64,000 nucleotides of DNA from Minisyncoccota bacterium (GCA_041651055.1 JBAZJW010000001.1:177021-241020), one strand, 5' to 3'; shown: positions 1 to 10,687, counted from the stretch's first letter. The notes: a model not told the origin generated them from the sequence alone. Program-made: numbers and translations.

Positions 1-13
1 ATTCAATATTCCT

Positions 14-643
14 TTGGTTCTCAAAACCCAAAACGATATGGCGTTTGCTATATCAATAGGAATCTCAGTACTCGTATCAATCGTGTATATTTATTTTTTA
101 CAGTTCATGTCCGAAACAGCAAAAGATGAAACTTCCCGTGGATATGCTCTTGCAGTAGGAATACCGATGTTTGTTGGTATGCTTTATTTCTTAAATGTTA
201 TTCCTGCTGTTCCATTATCATTGCATGCAGGCGGAACCTACCACAACATTATTCGTACAGAAGAAGGGGAATACCTTGCGAGAGAAGAAGTTGATAGTAG
301 ATTTATGGCGAAGTATCGTACTCCTGTGTATCGTCTTACGCCAGTAGATAATGGTGTGTTCTTTTTTAGTTCAATAGATGCACCCGCCGAACTGACGGCG
401 CCGATTACACATGTTTGGGAATATTATGATACGACAAAAAAAAGATGGATTCCGTCAACTGTTATTTCCTTCACCTTAGCAGGAGGAAGGGACGACGGTT
501 ACCGTGCTTATTCTCATAAAGAAAATATTACGGAGGGACTTTGGCGTGTCACGGTTAAAGTTGATCAAAGCCGTATTGTTGGACGAGTAAAGTTTTGGAT
601 AGAAAAACAAAATAGTGCTGAGATCGTAGAAACAAAAATTTAA
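14..643 (+). CDS. hypothetical membrane protein
   Basis: 209 aa ORF with N-terminal hydrophobic segments; no recognisable catalytic motif. Confidence 0.4.
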   Translation: MVLKTQNDMAFAISIGISVLVSIVYIYFLQFMSETAKDETSRGYALAVGIPMFVGMLYFLNVIPAVPLSLHAGGTYHNIIRTEEGEYLAREEVDSRFMAKYRTPVYRLTPVDNGVFFFSSIDAPAELTAPITHVWEYYDTTKKRWIPSTVISFTLAGGRDDGYRAYSHKENITEGLWRVTVKVDQSRIVGRVKFWIEKQNSAEIVETKI

Positions 644-818
644 AAAAGACGAAGAATAAAAAGGACAATGGCGACAATAAGGAGTACGTGAATAAATTTA
701 CCAAGGGAATGCCCACTAACAACTCCGAGTAGCCAAAGAACAAGTAGCACGATAGCAATATTTGTAAGCATAGTACTTCTTATGACGAATACACGTCCGA
801 AATCTTACAAAAGAGGCA

Positions 819-1718
819 TTACGGTAGGCTGCAAACTGTTTTCAGTGACTGAATATCTTCATTGCTGAGCGTCAGAGTGTTTGCGGTATTGAGTTCATAC
901 ATAATAGAAAGAGGGTTGGTATTATGGTCAAGAGAAAGGGCGTGGCCAAACTCATGTGCAAGAATACGCAGTAATTTGTATTGTGTACTAAACTCATAAA
1001 TATTTATCGTACGAGTACTCGGATCATAGGTTCCTTCCTGAAATTCTTTTCCGGCACGAGCATTGATAGTTCCGATGCGTACATTTGCATCACGCACAAG
1101 AAGATTATATTTTTGAATAAAAGCATTAACTTGATCGACTTGCGCATTTAATGCGAGGCGCTTTGATTCGAGATAGGATTGTTTTGTTTCAAGTTCTCGC
1201 TGTAGAGCTACAAGCTTTTGATACTCGGCAGCAGGAGCTCCTCCTTGATTGTTCCAATACTCTACCTGTGTCTGATACGCATTCTGGTCACTTTCAAAAC
1301 GTGCAAGGTCGGAAGCATAAGCCTCTTTACTGACAGCAAGATCTGCTTCAAGTTTTGTATACTCTTCCTTTATTGAACCAGCAAGCTCTCCTGTCTTTTT
1401 CACATCAGCTTGTAGTTCCAAATTTTGCTGTGTCACTTTTTGACGCTCATCATAAATGAGATTCACCGTAAGATCACCTTTCGGATCATACATAAATAAA
1501 TTCTTACCAACAGATGTCGACCAAACGGCAGAAGATTGTTCGAGTGCTGCAAGAAAATCTTTTTTAGATATACCAAAGTTTTCATCAAAGGAACCTATTC
1601 TGTACGTAAGCGGTGCCGCACATGGTTTTGTTTGTAGGCGATACAAAATCCCAGCAACAATAATTGTGATCATAAAGAAAACAAGGAGACCAGATACTGT
1701 GCGGGATAGGCTTGCCAT
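819..1718 (-). CDS. membrane-anchored zinc metalloprotease, matrixin/metzincin-like
   Basis: N-terminal TM helix, long coiled-coil region, C-terminal HEFGHALSLDHN (HExxHxxxxxH) zinc-binding motif. Confidence 0.6.
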   Translation of the reverse strand: MASLSRTVSGLLVFFMITIIVAGILYRLQTKPCAAPLTYRIGSFDENFGISKKDFLAALEQSSAVWSTSVGKNLFMYDPKGDLTVNLIYDERQKVTQQNLELQADVKKTGELAGSIKEEYTKLEADLAVSKEAYASDLARFESDQNAYQTQVEYWNNQGGAPAAEYQKLVALQRELETKQSYLESKRLALNAQVDQVNAFIQKYNLLVRDANVRIGTINARAGKEFQEGTYDPSTRTINIYEFSTQYKLLRILAHEFGHALSLDHNTNPLSIMYELNTANTLTLSNEDIQSLKTVCSLP

Positions 1719-1732
1719 ATGGAGAAAGTATA

Positions 1733-2338
1733 CTACAAACGCTTACCGTTTTTGTTCCAATCAGGAATTCCTGCTGACTGGCACTCTAGCTTCGTCGCAT
1801 TACGAATATATTTTTTATTTTCTTCTGGAACAATAGGGATATGATGTATATCAAAAATAGTTTCTGCAATATGCCACAAATCTTTATCTGACGAAATCCA
1901 CTTTGTCCCAAATCGATTAAGATTAATTGGCTTGGAATACCCCTCTAATGTTTTCTCTCCTGTTGTTGTCAAAAAATATTCATTAAAATAGGAGAGGGCG
2001 AGCTCGCGTATTGTTTTGTAAATCGGATCTCGATAACGAAGTACTGCATGATTCGTTTTACTAATAGCACCCCAATAACCATTTCGTTTGTAAAGAGCAA
2101 TCACATGGTCATAATCATCCTTTCTCACCTTTAAACTCATCACGAGAGGTTTACGACCTGATTGTGCAAGTGCACACGCAGCGAGCATTGCGCCTTCGAT
2201 GCAGTGTGCTTTCTTTAAAGAAAGCACACGCATAGGGGACATACAAGTCTCCCCGTGCTCCTCGTAGTTAAAAGGAATCGAATCCAAAAAATCCTGAATC
2301 TTTTCTGGAGTAGTAAGTGTTGCTAAAGGTATAGACAT
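1733..2338 (-). CDS. hypothetical protein, possible transglutaminase-like Cys/His enzyme
   Basis: 201 aa; conserved Cys (KAHCIEGAML) and downstream His (DYDHVI); family assignment tentative. Confidence 0.3.
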   Translation of the reverse strand: MSIPLATLTTPEKIQDFLDSIPFNYEEHGETCMSPMRVLSLKKAHCIEGAMLAACALAQSGRKPLVMSLKVRKDDYDHVIALYKRNGYWGAISKTNHAVLRYRDPIYKTIRELALSYFNEYFLTTTGEKTLEGYSKPINLNRFGTKWISSDKDLWHIAETIFDIHHIPIVPEENKKYIRNATKLECQSAGIPDWNKNGKRL

Positions 2339-2368
2339 GGAATGTTTACCAAAAAAAACGAGAAGCGT

Positions 2369-2569
2369 TTAATACTGTGTTAGTCCTTCGATATATGTCG
2401 AGAGGAAAGAAGGGAGGACAAAGAATAACCCAAGCAAAGGAAGAAGGATGGCGAGTACTGTAACCCACATCGTAGTAAGAAAATACTTTCTCGTCTTTTC
2501 CACAGAAACATATATCGCCTCAATTTTTGCACCTTGCGTGTCTAGTATAGTTTTTATTTCTTGATCCAT
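2369..2569 (-). CDS. small membrane protein
   Basis: 66 aa, hydrophobic core. Confidence 0.3.
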   Translation of the reverse strand: MDQEIKTILDTQGAKIEAIYVSVEKTRKYFLTTMWVTVLAILLPLLGLFFVLPSFLSTYIEGLTQY

Positions 2570-2642
2570 AGACCTTTAGTATACGTCTCTTTGTAAGATT
2601 TAAGAAAAATATACGTCATAAGGGTATATATACAAAGAATCT

Positions 2643-3089
2643 ATGAAATTTTTTACATCTATTTCTCGCATCAAAAGATACACCATCATACTTGGAATGG
2701 TTCTTTTAGTCCCACTTGCATACGCTGCAACACAAGCATCGTTCTTACAACCCAGCACTCTTTTCACTTCACCCGAGACGAATCCTCTCGCTAAGGAGTA
2801 CGAATTAAAACCGCTTTTCTCCTCCACTGAACAAGTAAAGAAAGGTTTAATTGAGGGTATTAATAAAGAACAAGGGTCTTTTGTTTTACGAACAGGAACA
2901 ACATCGCTGGTGATAGAAATTGTAAAAGATACAATAGTCGCGACAGGAAAAGAAAACATCGTTCTCTTTTCAGCGTTAGAAAATAATACAAAGGTGTATG
3001 TTTTTGGATTTATGAAAAGTGACAAGACTTCTCTTCTCGCTTCCAAAATAATTATCGTAAATAGAAGCGTACTAGAAAGAGTTCGTTAA
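2643..3089 (+). CDS. secreted hypothetical protein
   Basis: Signal-peptide-like N-terminus MKFFTSISRIKRYTIILGMVLLVPLAYAA; preferred over fully overlapping antisense ORF 2600..3046. Confidence 0.4.
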   Translation: MKFFTSISRIKRYTIILGMVLLVPLAYAATQASFLQPSTLFTSPETNPLAKEYELKPLFSSTEQVKKGLIEGINKEQGSFVLRTGTTSLVIEIVKDTIVATGKENIVLFSALENNTKVYVFGFMKSDKTSLLASKIIIVNRSVLERVR

Positions 3090-3793
3090 TTTTCCTTTTC
3101 TATATTTTCATGAAGAAAAATATCTTCTTTTGGAAACGTAGCATTATCACGGATAAAACTCTTTCCCATCCCTTTACGAAATCTATGCCGCGATCTCGTA
3201 TATGCGAAAAGTGCAAGTGTGCTTAAGGTAAGCAATGCGCCGAGTCCCGCAGATAACAAATCTTTTGTTGTATCAAAAGGGTCATTGCCTCCGATAAATA
3301 AGTACCCTATGGCCGCATCGTACTTGAGCACGGTCACCCATTCAAAAATTTCATAGAACACTCCAAGTGTGAGTACGGCCATGAAAGGAACGAGGTAACC
3401 CCAAAAACCTTTTATCTGTGCAACGCGTAAGAAAAATTCACGAAGTGGATACACAATTAAAAGCCCAAAAGAAAAGTGGACGAATTTATCGTACATATTA
3501 TCGTTCACATTAAAGATATCTCCTATAGTTTTACCGAATGGTACAGACCCGTAATTGTAATGAGATCCAACAAGATGTAGCATGATAAATATCGTAATCA
3601 ATGTAAGCGACAATTTTGAAAACTGAATATACCAAACACAAAAAAAGTAGACAACAGGAACAGAAAGAAACACTGTTTTATTTTCTAAAAACCAATTCTT
3701 TTCACTTGCTGGGTACCATGCGGACCATAGCCATACACAAACAAAGAAAAAAAGGAGAATATATTTGTAATAGGTATTAAAAAATAATTTCAT
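3086..3793 (-). CDS. polytopic membrane protein, YjdF/DUF2238-like
   Basis: 235 aa with multiple TM segments; weak resemblance to YjdF-type inner membrane proteins. Confidence 0.35.
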   Translation of the reverse strand: MKLFFNTYYKYILLFFFVCVWLWSAWYPASEKNWFLENKTVFLSVPVVYFFCVWYIQFSKLSLTLITIFIMLHLVGSHYNYGSVPFGKTIGDIFNVNDNMYDKFVHFSFGLLIVYPLREFFLRVAQIKGFWGYLVPFMAVLTLGVFYEIFEWVTVLKYDAAIGYLFIGGNDPFDTTKDLLSAGLGALLTLSTLALFAYTRSRHRFRKGMGKSFIRDNATFPKEDIFLHENIEKEN

Positions 3794-3803
3794 AAAGATA
3801 CGG

Positions 3804-4415
3804 TTAGCGTCTTGAAAGTCTCCTCATTCTTTTGAAAAGACGATACTCAATAAGCATGAGCATAATGCCTAGAGAGACAATCACGAACGTCGCCTCAAAC
3901 AAAAACTCAATATTCTGCTCCCATTCACTTCCCAAAAAATAACCAACCAGCCCATATAAGAGAACGTAGGCGATTTCCCCAGCGATTTCGATCATAAAAA
4001 ACGTTTTGTATTTCATTTTTCCAAGCCCTGCAAGAATATTCACCAAAGGACCGACAGTTGTCAAAAATCTACTAAAGAAAATAAGAGAGTACGAGAACTC
4101 TCTAAGGTAAAGGATGACAGATTCATACAAGCGAGAAGCCAAGATTCTTCTAAATCCTATTTTTTGTAATATCTCGACACCGTACAAACGAGCCAAAACA
4201 TAACCCGTCAAATCCCCAAAAAAATTACCGAGGAATGCTACGACAAGAACCCATGTAAGACTAAAATATCCTTGGGCCGCGAATGCGCCTGACGCAGCGA
4301 GAACAGCACTCGACGGAAGCGGCGCCACAAGTGCCGCAAGATAAGAAACCAAAAAAAGCGCAACATATTTATAGAGCAGGAGGAACGAAAGTACTGAATC
4401 AAGAATCGTAATCAT
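3804..4415 (-). CDS. DedA/VTT family membrane protein
   Basis: YKYVALFLVSYLAALVAPLPSSAVLAASGAF...GNFFGDLTGY typical of DedA (SNARE-associated) family. Confidence 0.7.
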   Translation of the reverse strand: MITILDSVLSFLLLYKYVALFLVSYLAALVAPLPSSAVLAASGAFAAQGYFSLTWVLVVAFLGNFFGDLTGYVLARLYGVEILQKIGFRRILASRLYESVILYLREFSYSLIFFSRFLTTVGPLVNILAGLGKMKYKTFFMIEIAGEIAYVLLYGLVGYFLGSEWEQNIEFLFEATFVIVSLGIMLMLIEYRLFKRMRRLSRR

Positions 4416-4416
4416 G

Positions 4417-4788
4417 CTACCTCTGTTTATGTTTTAGGGAATCCAGATACGTACGAACATCATCTTTGATCAGCACAAGAAAAATTGATACGGGGACTCC
4501 GCTTGTTATAGATTCCTTATTGAGTGTTATGTTCGGATACTTTTCATCTGTAATGCGCATTCTATTTTTTAAATACTCTTCCGGTATCATAAATGTTTGA
4601 TTGATATACCCAAACGTCATCCAGGGCTGTATGTTTTCAACCTGCACCTCACTTCCGCGAATATGTCTTGTGTGAAAAGTTACATTACTTGCCATGTGTC
4701 GGTAACGTAAAACAAGAAAAAAGATTGCACAAAAGAGAATGCTCATAGCTGTAAGAAAAAGAATCTGGTATGTATATTTTTTAGACAT
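4417..4788 (-). CDS. hypothetical membrane-anchored protein
   Basis: 123 aa, single N-terminal TM. Confidence 0.35.
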   Translation of the reverse strand: MSKKYTYQILFLTAMSILFCAIFFLVLRYRHMASNVTFHTRHIRGSEVQVENIQPWMTFGYINQTFMIPEEYLKNRMRITDEKYPNITLNKESITSGVPVSIFLVLIKDDVRTYLDSLKHKQR

Positions 4789-4908
4789 ATAAGAAAAAGA
4801 AAGGATTCAACATACATAAAAGTGTACCATAATTTTTTATCAATCATTAAAGGAATAGGCTTTTAGTATCAAAACCTTAACGTTGCACTCTTCCAAGAAA
4901 GGTTTAGA

Positions 4909-5757
4909 ATGAGCTACATGAACAAAATCTCAAGAAAAACGATACTTTTTCTCCTTGCACTTCTTGTGGCGATACTTGCCGTCTCTTTGGTTACTGCTCC
5001 TGATGAAAGCAAAGAAGCATCCTTCATCTCTCATATCATTGCCCCTCTTCAGAAAGAAATACCGATACTTCAAAAGAAGCAGCTCTTTGAATACGTTGAG
5101 ATTATAGATAGCTGCGGACCGTACTTTACAGGAACATGTGTCAATGTTCGAAAAGAACCAAGCAGTACATCAGAAGCGGTCACAAAACTTCGTAATGGTA
5201 TTGTTCTTAAAGTTGAGAATAAAGTGGTGACGAACGGAGAAACGTGGTACAAGGTAACCTTTGATGAGTGGCTCCGCTACCCAGAACGAGTTACGGGCGA
5301 CTGGTATGTTTCCTCTACGTATGCAAAATTATTTTTAGACGAAGGCCCACAAGAACTTTTGGAAAATGTGGTTTCGACAAGTTCGAAACATATCATCGTT
5401 GACCGCTCTTCACAAAAACTCTATGCGTATGATGGCGATGTGCTTTTTATGGAAGAACCTGTATCGACAGGAATAGAAGGCTCACTCACACCGCGTGGAA
5501 TTTTTAACATTTATAGAAAAACTCCGAGCCGTTACATGCAAGGACCTCTTATTGGTATCAGCGAAAAGTACTACGATCTCCCTGGTGTGCCGTGGAATCT
5601 TTACTTCACCGAAGATGGGGCAGTGATTCATGGAGCATACTGGCATGACCATTTTGGAAAGCGTTGGTCTAGTGGTTGTGTGAACATGTCACCAGAAAAA
5701 GCAAAAGAACTGTATGAGTGGGCAGATGTCGGAATCAAAGTTACAGTACAAGATTAA
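4909..5757 (+). CDS. L,D-transpeptidase (YkuD domain) with N-terminal TM and SH3-like region
   Basis: Catalytic signature IHGAYWHDHFGKRWSSGCVNM (His ... Ser-x-Gly-Cys). Confidence 0.8.
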   Translation: MSYMNKISRKTILFLLALLVAILAVSLVTAPDESKEASFISHIIAPLQKEIPILQKKQLFEYVEIIDSCGPYFTGTCVNVRKEPSSTSEAVTKLRNGIVLKVENKVVTNGETWYKVTFDEWLRYPERVTGDWYVSSTYAKLFLDEGPQELLENVVSTSSKHIIVDRSSQKLYAYDGDVLFMEEPVSTGIEGSLTPRGIFNIYRKTPSRYMQGPLIGISEKYYDLPGVPWNLYFTEDGAVIHGAYWHDHFGKRWSSGCVNMSPEKAKELYEWADVGIKVTVQD

Positions 5758-5809
5758 TTGCATCACTTTTTCTATAGACAAGAACCTCACAAAGAACTAC
5801 ACTTCATAC

Positions 5810-6265
5810 ATGAACACCGAAGACAAAATTGCAGAAGTATTATCGTCGCTTCATCAACCACTTGGAGTAATAAGTACCGTAAACGAAGAATGCCACCCCG
5901 AACTTGCAAGCCTCTATTACGTGCACGATGATGCTCTTAATATTTATTTCATCACACGCGAAGGAAGTAGAAAATATAAAAATATAACAAAAAATCCTCA
6001 CGTTGCATTTGTTATTACAACAGAACACCCGGCCCGTACTATTCAGCTTGAAGGAGTCGCAGCAAAAGACACTGATCCACGTGAAGAAAATGAATACTTC
6101 GCAAAACTCGTAGCCCTCGCCTCAGAGCATCTCATCATGCCGCCCGTGAGTCAGATAGAAGACGGAGAAATGCTCTTCATGAAAATGACTACCAGATGGG
6201 CACGTTTAGGTGACTTTGAAATAATGAAAGAAGGCGATAAATTCATAGAAACCAACCTTATCTAA
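5810..6265 (+). CDS. pyridoxamine 5'-phosphate oxidase-like FMN-binding protein
   Basis: PNPOx-like split-barrel pattern (HVAFVITTEHPARTIQLEGVA); start moved to internal ATG 5810 to avoid 44 nt overlap with upstream gene. Confidence 0.5.
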   Translation: MNTEDKIAEVLSSLHQPLGVISTVNEECHPELASLYYVHDDALNIYFITREGSRKYKNITKNPHVAFVITTEHPARTIQLEGVAAKDTDPREENEYFAKLVALASEHLIMPPVSQIEDGEMLFMKMTTRWARLGDFEIMKEGDKFIETNLI

Positions 6266-6345
6266 AGGTTTATTCTCGAAGTGAAAGAAACAAGAAAAGA
6301 AATACGTAGTAGAGGTAAGATATGCCATAGAATGTTTCTGAAGGC

Positions 6346-6651
6346 GTGGCTATTCTAAAAAGAATACTAATCTACATACAACATATGGAAACATTTACCA
6401 TCAACAAAAAGAAGGCGATTATTACAGGAGGTGTCATCGTCGCGTTTATTATAGGAATACTATTTGGTCTGGGTATCGGATCCCACAGAGGAAGAAATTA
6501 TGAAGGGAGGGGGATGATGAGATATTCCAATAATCAGTTCGGAGGAAATCCTACAGACCGACAAGGAATGATGTATCGCATGCATGCTGGACAGTGGAAC
6601 ACTACAGCAACAGGAACTCTTCCTGTAAGCACAACAACAGAAAACAATTAG
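6346..6651 (+). CDS. small membrane protein
   Basis: TM segment then Gly/Met/Asn-rich tail. Confidence 0.3.
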   Translation: MAILKRILIYIQHMETFTINKKKAIITGGVIVAFIIGILFGLGIGSHRGRNYEGRGMMRYSNNQFGGNPTDRQGMMYRMHAGQWNTTATGTLPVSTTTENN

Positions 6652-6671
6652 TCTTTTGTTGTATTACAAAT

Positions 6672-6702
6672 AAAAACTACACCCATACGGGTGTAGTTTT
6701 TA
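6672..6702. terminator. bidirectional rho-independent terminator
   Basis: CTACACCC-ATAC-GGGTGTAG hairpin flanked by A-run and T-run between convergent genes. Confidence 0.6.
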
Positions 6703-6715
6703 GTATTCAATACTA

Positions 6716-6979
6716 CTACTGAGCATCAGAATGAAGCCTGTTCCAAAGCACTGAAATAACAAAACCAAAGAGGTAGCCGATAAGTGTCGTGCATACAATC
6801 AGTGTAAGAGATGCTACTCCATTAAACTGGCCAACTGAAAACATTGGCGTAATCATATGTGCCCAAAAAATAACATCAAAGAAACTTTGGCCGAGATTTA
6901 AGAAAACAAGAAGTGACCAAAACGCATGAAGTCCTCCGATAAGCACTGCAAACAAAAGACCGATTTTGTTATTGTTCAT
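6716..6979 (-). CDS. small membrane protein
   Basis: 87 aa, two to three TM helices. Confidence 0.35.
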   Translation of the reverse strand: MNNNKIGLLFAVLIGGLHAFWSLLVFLNLGQSFFDVIFWAHMITPMFSVGQFNGVASLTLIVCTTLIGYLFGFVISVLWNRLHSDAQ

Positions 6980-7042
6980 AAAAATATTCTTATTGTTACT
7001 AATACACTAAAGTATATTCCTCTTTTTGTTTTTGTGAATAGT

Positions 7043-7270
7043 TTATCTACGGGGCCTCTCTACTGTTGCAATATAGAGCTCTTCTACTTTCTGACGTGCC
7101 CATGGTGTTCTTCGTAAAAATTTAAGACTCGAAGAAACACTTGGATCAGTGGTGAAACATTTTATAGTAATGCTTTCACCGAGATCTTTCCATCCATAAT
7201 AATCAACAAGATACTCTACGATAGACTGAAGTGTTTTTCCATACAGAGGGTCATTTGGATGTTCAGTCAT
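7043..7270 (-). CDS. DUF2132 (VF530-like) small conserved protein
   Basis: 75 aa; YGWKDLGE...[29 protein letters not shown] matches my memory of the DUF2132 family pattern. Confidence 0.5.
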   Translation of the reverse strand: MTEHPNDPLYGKTLQSIVEYLVDYYGWKDLGESITIKCFTTDPSVSSSLKFLRRTPWARQKVEELYIATVERPRR

Positions 7271-7284
7271 GAGCGGTACATGAA

Positions 7285-8340
7285 TTATTTTTCCACAACA
7301 TCATTTACAAGATATGTGTAAATAGAAATAAACGCAAAGAGTAAACTCATCGTAAGAGAGCCTAAGAAAATACCAATAGGGCCGAAAAAGATAATACCAC
7401 CCAAAACAGAGAGAAGAACAAAGAGTGGATGGATCTGTAATTTACGACCAACAAGCTTCGGACCAAGAACATTATCAATCATACCGACAGCAATAGCTCC
7501 CCATATCATGAGACCTACAGCAGAAACAGTATTTCCAACGACGAAGAGATAGATGACGCCCGGAATAATGATCAGCGCTGTACCAATTCCAGGAATAAGT
7601 GCCGCTATAACCGTAAGCGTTCCCCAGAGGATACTATTTGGAATTCCGAAGATTGTGAATCCAATAGTAGTGAGAATTCCTTGTATAAGAGCAATAAGGA
7701 GGCTTCCTTTTACAACAGAGTTCACCGCTGACTCGAGGCGTTCAAAAACAATTTTATCATCCTTATCATCAAGAGGACTTAGCTTAATGATTGCATCTTT
7801 TACCTTAGAACCATCTCGGAGTAAGTAGTAGAGTGAAATAAAGAAAATGAAAAGGTTAAGAAGAAGTGCAGAGATTCCTGAAAGAGCAACACCGAGATGT
7901 TCGATAAGCCATGAAAGACCTTGCTTGATATACATATCGAGATTTGCGGAAAGATTCAAGAAAAATTCACCTGTTCCAGGTACTATCTTTTCAAATGTCT
8001 GCCCAGCGCTTTGAAGTACAGTGACAGCGAGGTCTTGTCTATTTTCTCCCTGAATCGTAGAGCTGTAGAGCGCAACTGCTTCATGGAATATTTGAGTGCC
8101 TAGAAATGTGAGAGGCAAAATAATACAAACGAGACTCACAAAAACAGTAGAGAGAGAAGCAAGTGCCTCTCTATTACCAAAAACACGCAAGAGCTTCCTA
8201 TATAGAGGCTGAAGCACGACTGCGAACATTGCAGCCAAGGCAAGCGGGGCCAAGAATGGCTTGAGAATAAAAAATGATAAAAGTAAAATCCCTGCAAGAA
8301 GTAAAATCAAAAAAGGAAGCTGAAGTTTTCGGTTATTCAT
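7285..8340 (-). CDS. AI-2E family transporter (UPF0118/PerM-like)
   Basis: 351 aa polytopic protein, N-terminal [22 protein letters not shown] typical of the family. Confidence 0.75.
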   Translation of the reverse strand: MNNRKLQLPFLILLLAGILLLSFFILKPFLAPLALAAMFAVVLQPLYRKLLRVFGNREALASLSTVFVSLVCIILPLTFLGTQIFHEAVALYSSTIQGENRQDLAVTVLQSAGQTFEKIVPGTGEFFLNLSANLDMYIKQGLSWLIEHLGVALSGISALLLNLFIFFISLYYLLRDGSKVKDAIIKLSPLDDKDDKIVFERLESAVNSVVKGSLLIALIQGILTTIGFTIFGIPNSILWGTLTVIAALIPGIGTALIIIPGVIYLFVVGNTVSAVGLMIWGAIAVGMIDNVLGPKLVGRKLQIHPLFVLLSVLGGIIFFGPIGIFLGSLTMSLLFAFISIYTYLVNDVVEK

Positions 8341-8409
8341 ATACTTCTAATTATATCATAATGAGATAATTCCTTTTATATACGAAAATGATTCTGAAAG
8401 AGTGTGATT

Positions 8410-8805
8410 TTATCGATAGCCTTTTGATAAAAAATCAAAGAATCCCCAAAAAGAAAGCACAAAAGCGGTGAGTGCCGTCGGACAAAAAAGAATCCAAAAA
8501 GAGACACCCATATTCACAAGAAGAAAGAATCCTAAAAGAAATCCAAGCGTCCCAAAAACCATATCCATGATGACGTTTGCTGATGGCTCGATAATAGTAA
8601 TCGCCCACTCAAAAACCTCCCATGCAAGAAGAATAAAGAAAGAGCAGACTAGGGCCAACGTAAATCCAAATCCAAGTTTGTAAAAAAGTGAAGAAAGAAG
8701 AACTCCAGACAAAAAATGTACCAAAGACCAAGTGTCAATGTATGTGCCATGTTTCCAAATATCCATATCGTAATAGTACCATATTCCACAAAATAAAATT
8801 GACAC
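8410..8805 (-). CDS. hypothetical membrane protein
   Basis: 131 aa, four TM segments. Confidence 0.4.
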   Translation of the reverse strand: MSILFCGIWYYYDMDIWKHGTYIDTWSLVHFLSGVLLSSLFYKLGFGFTLALVCSFFILLAWEVFEWAITIIEPSANVIMDMVFGTLGFLLGFFLLVNMGVSFWILFCPTALTAFVLSFWGFFDFLSKGYR

Positions 8806-8864
8806 ACCTTTTATTTTTATATACTCTTTGGTTTGACAATGTTGTCAGATATAGGGAGTCTATC

Positions 8865-9158
8865 TTGTCAGAATACGGCAACGACAGCGATGGTGATAGC
8901 GGAGGCGGTGGCTACGGCGAAAATTACGCCGAAAGAAAGGATGACGGATGCTTCTTTTCCGAGGGGGTGTTCCAAGACAAGCACGCTCTCCAGGTGGTAC
9001 GGCTTCGTCACTTCCGAGACGCCGTCTTGAAACAAAGCAAATTCGGAAGAGAGGTCATCAGACTCTACTACGCGATGTCCCCATGGGCGTCGGCAAAAGT
9101 ACAGAAACATCCACTGGCCCGTGCGGCCATCCGGAGAACCGTCTGCTTGTTCGTGTGA
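8865..9158 (+). CDS. small Gly/Asp-rich hypothetical protein
   Basis: TTG start 6 nt after GGGAG RBS, in frame with ORF 8688..9158; followed by strong terminator; higher GC than surroundings. Confidence 0.3.
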   Translation: MSEYGNDSDGDSGGGGYGENYAERKDDGCFFSEGVFQDKHALQVVRLRHFRDAVLKQSKFGREVIRLYYAMSPWASAKVQKHPLARAAIRRTVCLFV

Positions 9159-9283
9159 ACAAGTGACGCACCCCTCAGCGCTCTCCCAAGAGCGCTGTTT
9201 TTATGTGTATAAGAAAAAGGTTGTTGTAATTATTCTAAAAAGGTAGTAGAGTGCAAACATCTTTTGTTCTTAGGAGAAGAATC

Positions 9284-9805
9284 ATGGAAGCACTTCCAAA
9301 AAATGGCTTGGGCATACTCTCCCAAAACGAGATTGATTTAGAAAAGATTCTAGAAATGGTTCCGGTCGAATGTCGAGGCTTGAGATTTGAAAGAGTTATG
9401 AGAACCTTTCATCCACAAGAAGTAACCAGTATGCTTGAACTTGGTTTTGCTATCGAATGGGCTCAGCGGAATAACGGGGCAAACAATCGTCTACTCGGCA
9501 CTTTTCTGCAAGCAGACGAAGACGATCCGCGAAAAAACTCAATTCCTTGTACTGCACGCGAATGGGAAGTTGCAGAGCTCGTTGCGGCCACAATGGTGAG
9601 GTGGTTACCCACGGCCGTTGGATGCTCCTTTCTTCAAGCGGCATTTAAACAAGGAGGAGGAAGTATGAACTATACACTTCCAGACCCAGCCAAAGGAATA
9701 CCTTCATTTCCCTCATCCCCACCGGAAGCAGTAAACGACCCTGGTCCAATTACTGGCGGAGGGGGTGATGAAAATGACGGAGATGATGACTGGCCTATGA
9801 CATGA
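9284..9805 (+). CDS. hypothetical protein
   Basis: ATG preceded by AGGAGA RBS; acidic Gly-rich C-terminus. Confidence 0.35.
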   Translation: MEALPKNGLGILSQNEIDLEKILEMVPVECRGLRFERVMRTFHPQEVTSMLELGFAIEWAQRNNGANNRLLGTFLQADEDDPRKNSIPCTAREWEVAELVAATMVRWLPTAVGCSFLQAAFKQGGGSMNYTLPDPAKGIPSFPSSPPEAVNDPGPITGGGGDENDGDDDWPMT

Positions 9806-9851
9806 AAAACAAAAGGTACAACTTGAACAAACCGCTCCGGCGGTTTTATTT

Positions 9852-10625
9852 TTATACTACCGTAAACAGCACAATTACTCCTTTGAAAAATATTCTGTCG
9901 ATGAGGGGCAATCTAAGACCTGCCACACGTGTACGTTCGAAATGTTCCTTCACCGTATTGTTCACAAATTCAGGCAAGGGGATTCCTAGATCTTTTGCTT
10001 CTCTTGCAAGGTCAAAAGAAAGTCCTACGGAATTATAGAGAATGGTACGTTGCAGTGTAAGGAATCTTTTTCGTAGTACGCCCGTCTTATCCTCCTTAAG
10101 CATTCTTGTGACCTCGCTCACCCCGAATTCCATATGACCAATCTCCTCATTCAAAATCTTACCGGATAATTCACTGAGTGCCCCATCTGTATGATGCTCA
10201 AGTTCCCTCAAGAAAGAAATATTCAATCCTTCTACGATGAAATTTTGTATGAAGACGCACGCTTCATAATCTTTTCTTTCGATAGCATTAGACATTTCTT
10301 TATCCATGGTACGAAGATATGGAGATACCTGAGAATCATTACGTGGATGTGATCCCACATATGCTGTGAGCAGTTCAAGGTGTATGTCCTCTTCTCTCTG
10401 TTGTTTCAAGAGAAAATCCCGAGCGTAAGCATTGGGTGCGAAAGCTGACATTTTTCTACAATAATCAATAGCAATAGTCTCACCGAAGATGATTTGTAAT
10501 AAATAATGATACCGTGCTTTGCTATATTCTTTCGATTCAGTGGAGGGGTAGGTGAGCGCGTGTACGGACATGATGATAAGAATGAGTATAGCAGGAAAGA
10601 AGGTGTGAGATTCTAAAGTTGACAC
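9852..10625 (-). CDS. ferritin-like diiron-carboxylate protein
   Basis: Two ExxH motifs (EEDIHLE and EEIGHME) in predicted helical segments. Confidence 0.45.
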   Translation of the reverse strand: MSTLESHTFFPAILILIIMSVHALTYPSTESKEYSKARYHYLLQIIFGETIAIDYCRKMSAFAPNAYARDFLLKQQREEDIHLELLTAYVGSHPRNDSQVSPYLRTMDKEMSNAIERKDYEACVFIQNFIVEGLNISFLRELEHHTDGALSELSGKILNEEIGHMEFGVSEVTRMLKEDKTGVLRKRFLTLQRTILYNSVGLSFDLAREAKDLGIPLPEFVNNTVKEHFERTRVAGLRLPLIDRIFFKGVIVLFTVV

Positions 10626-10687
10626 TTTATTCCAAATACTCTAGAGTTGACGACGTAGCCCTTTCATCAACCAACAAGGATAGAATC

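Noticed and set aside
2600-3046. 148 aa ORF on the minus strand exactly antisense to the 2643..3089 ORF
   Set aside because: Its composition is not protein-like (no signal peptide, no motif). The plus-strand ORF has a convincing signal peptide, so this one is treated as a shadow ORF.
8688-8864. 5' portion of ORF 8688..9158
   Set aside because: It overlaps the convergent membrane-protein gene 8410..8805. The in-frame TTG at 8865 with a GGGAG RBS is a more plausible start.
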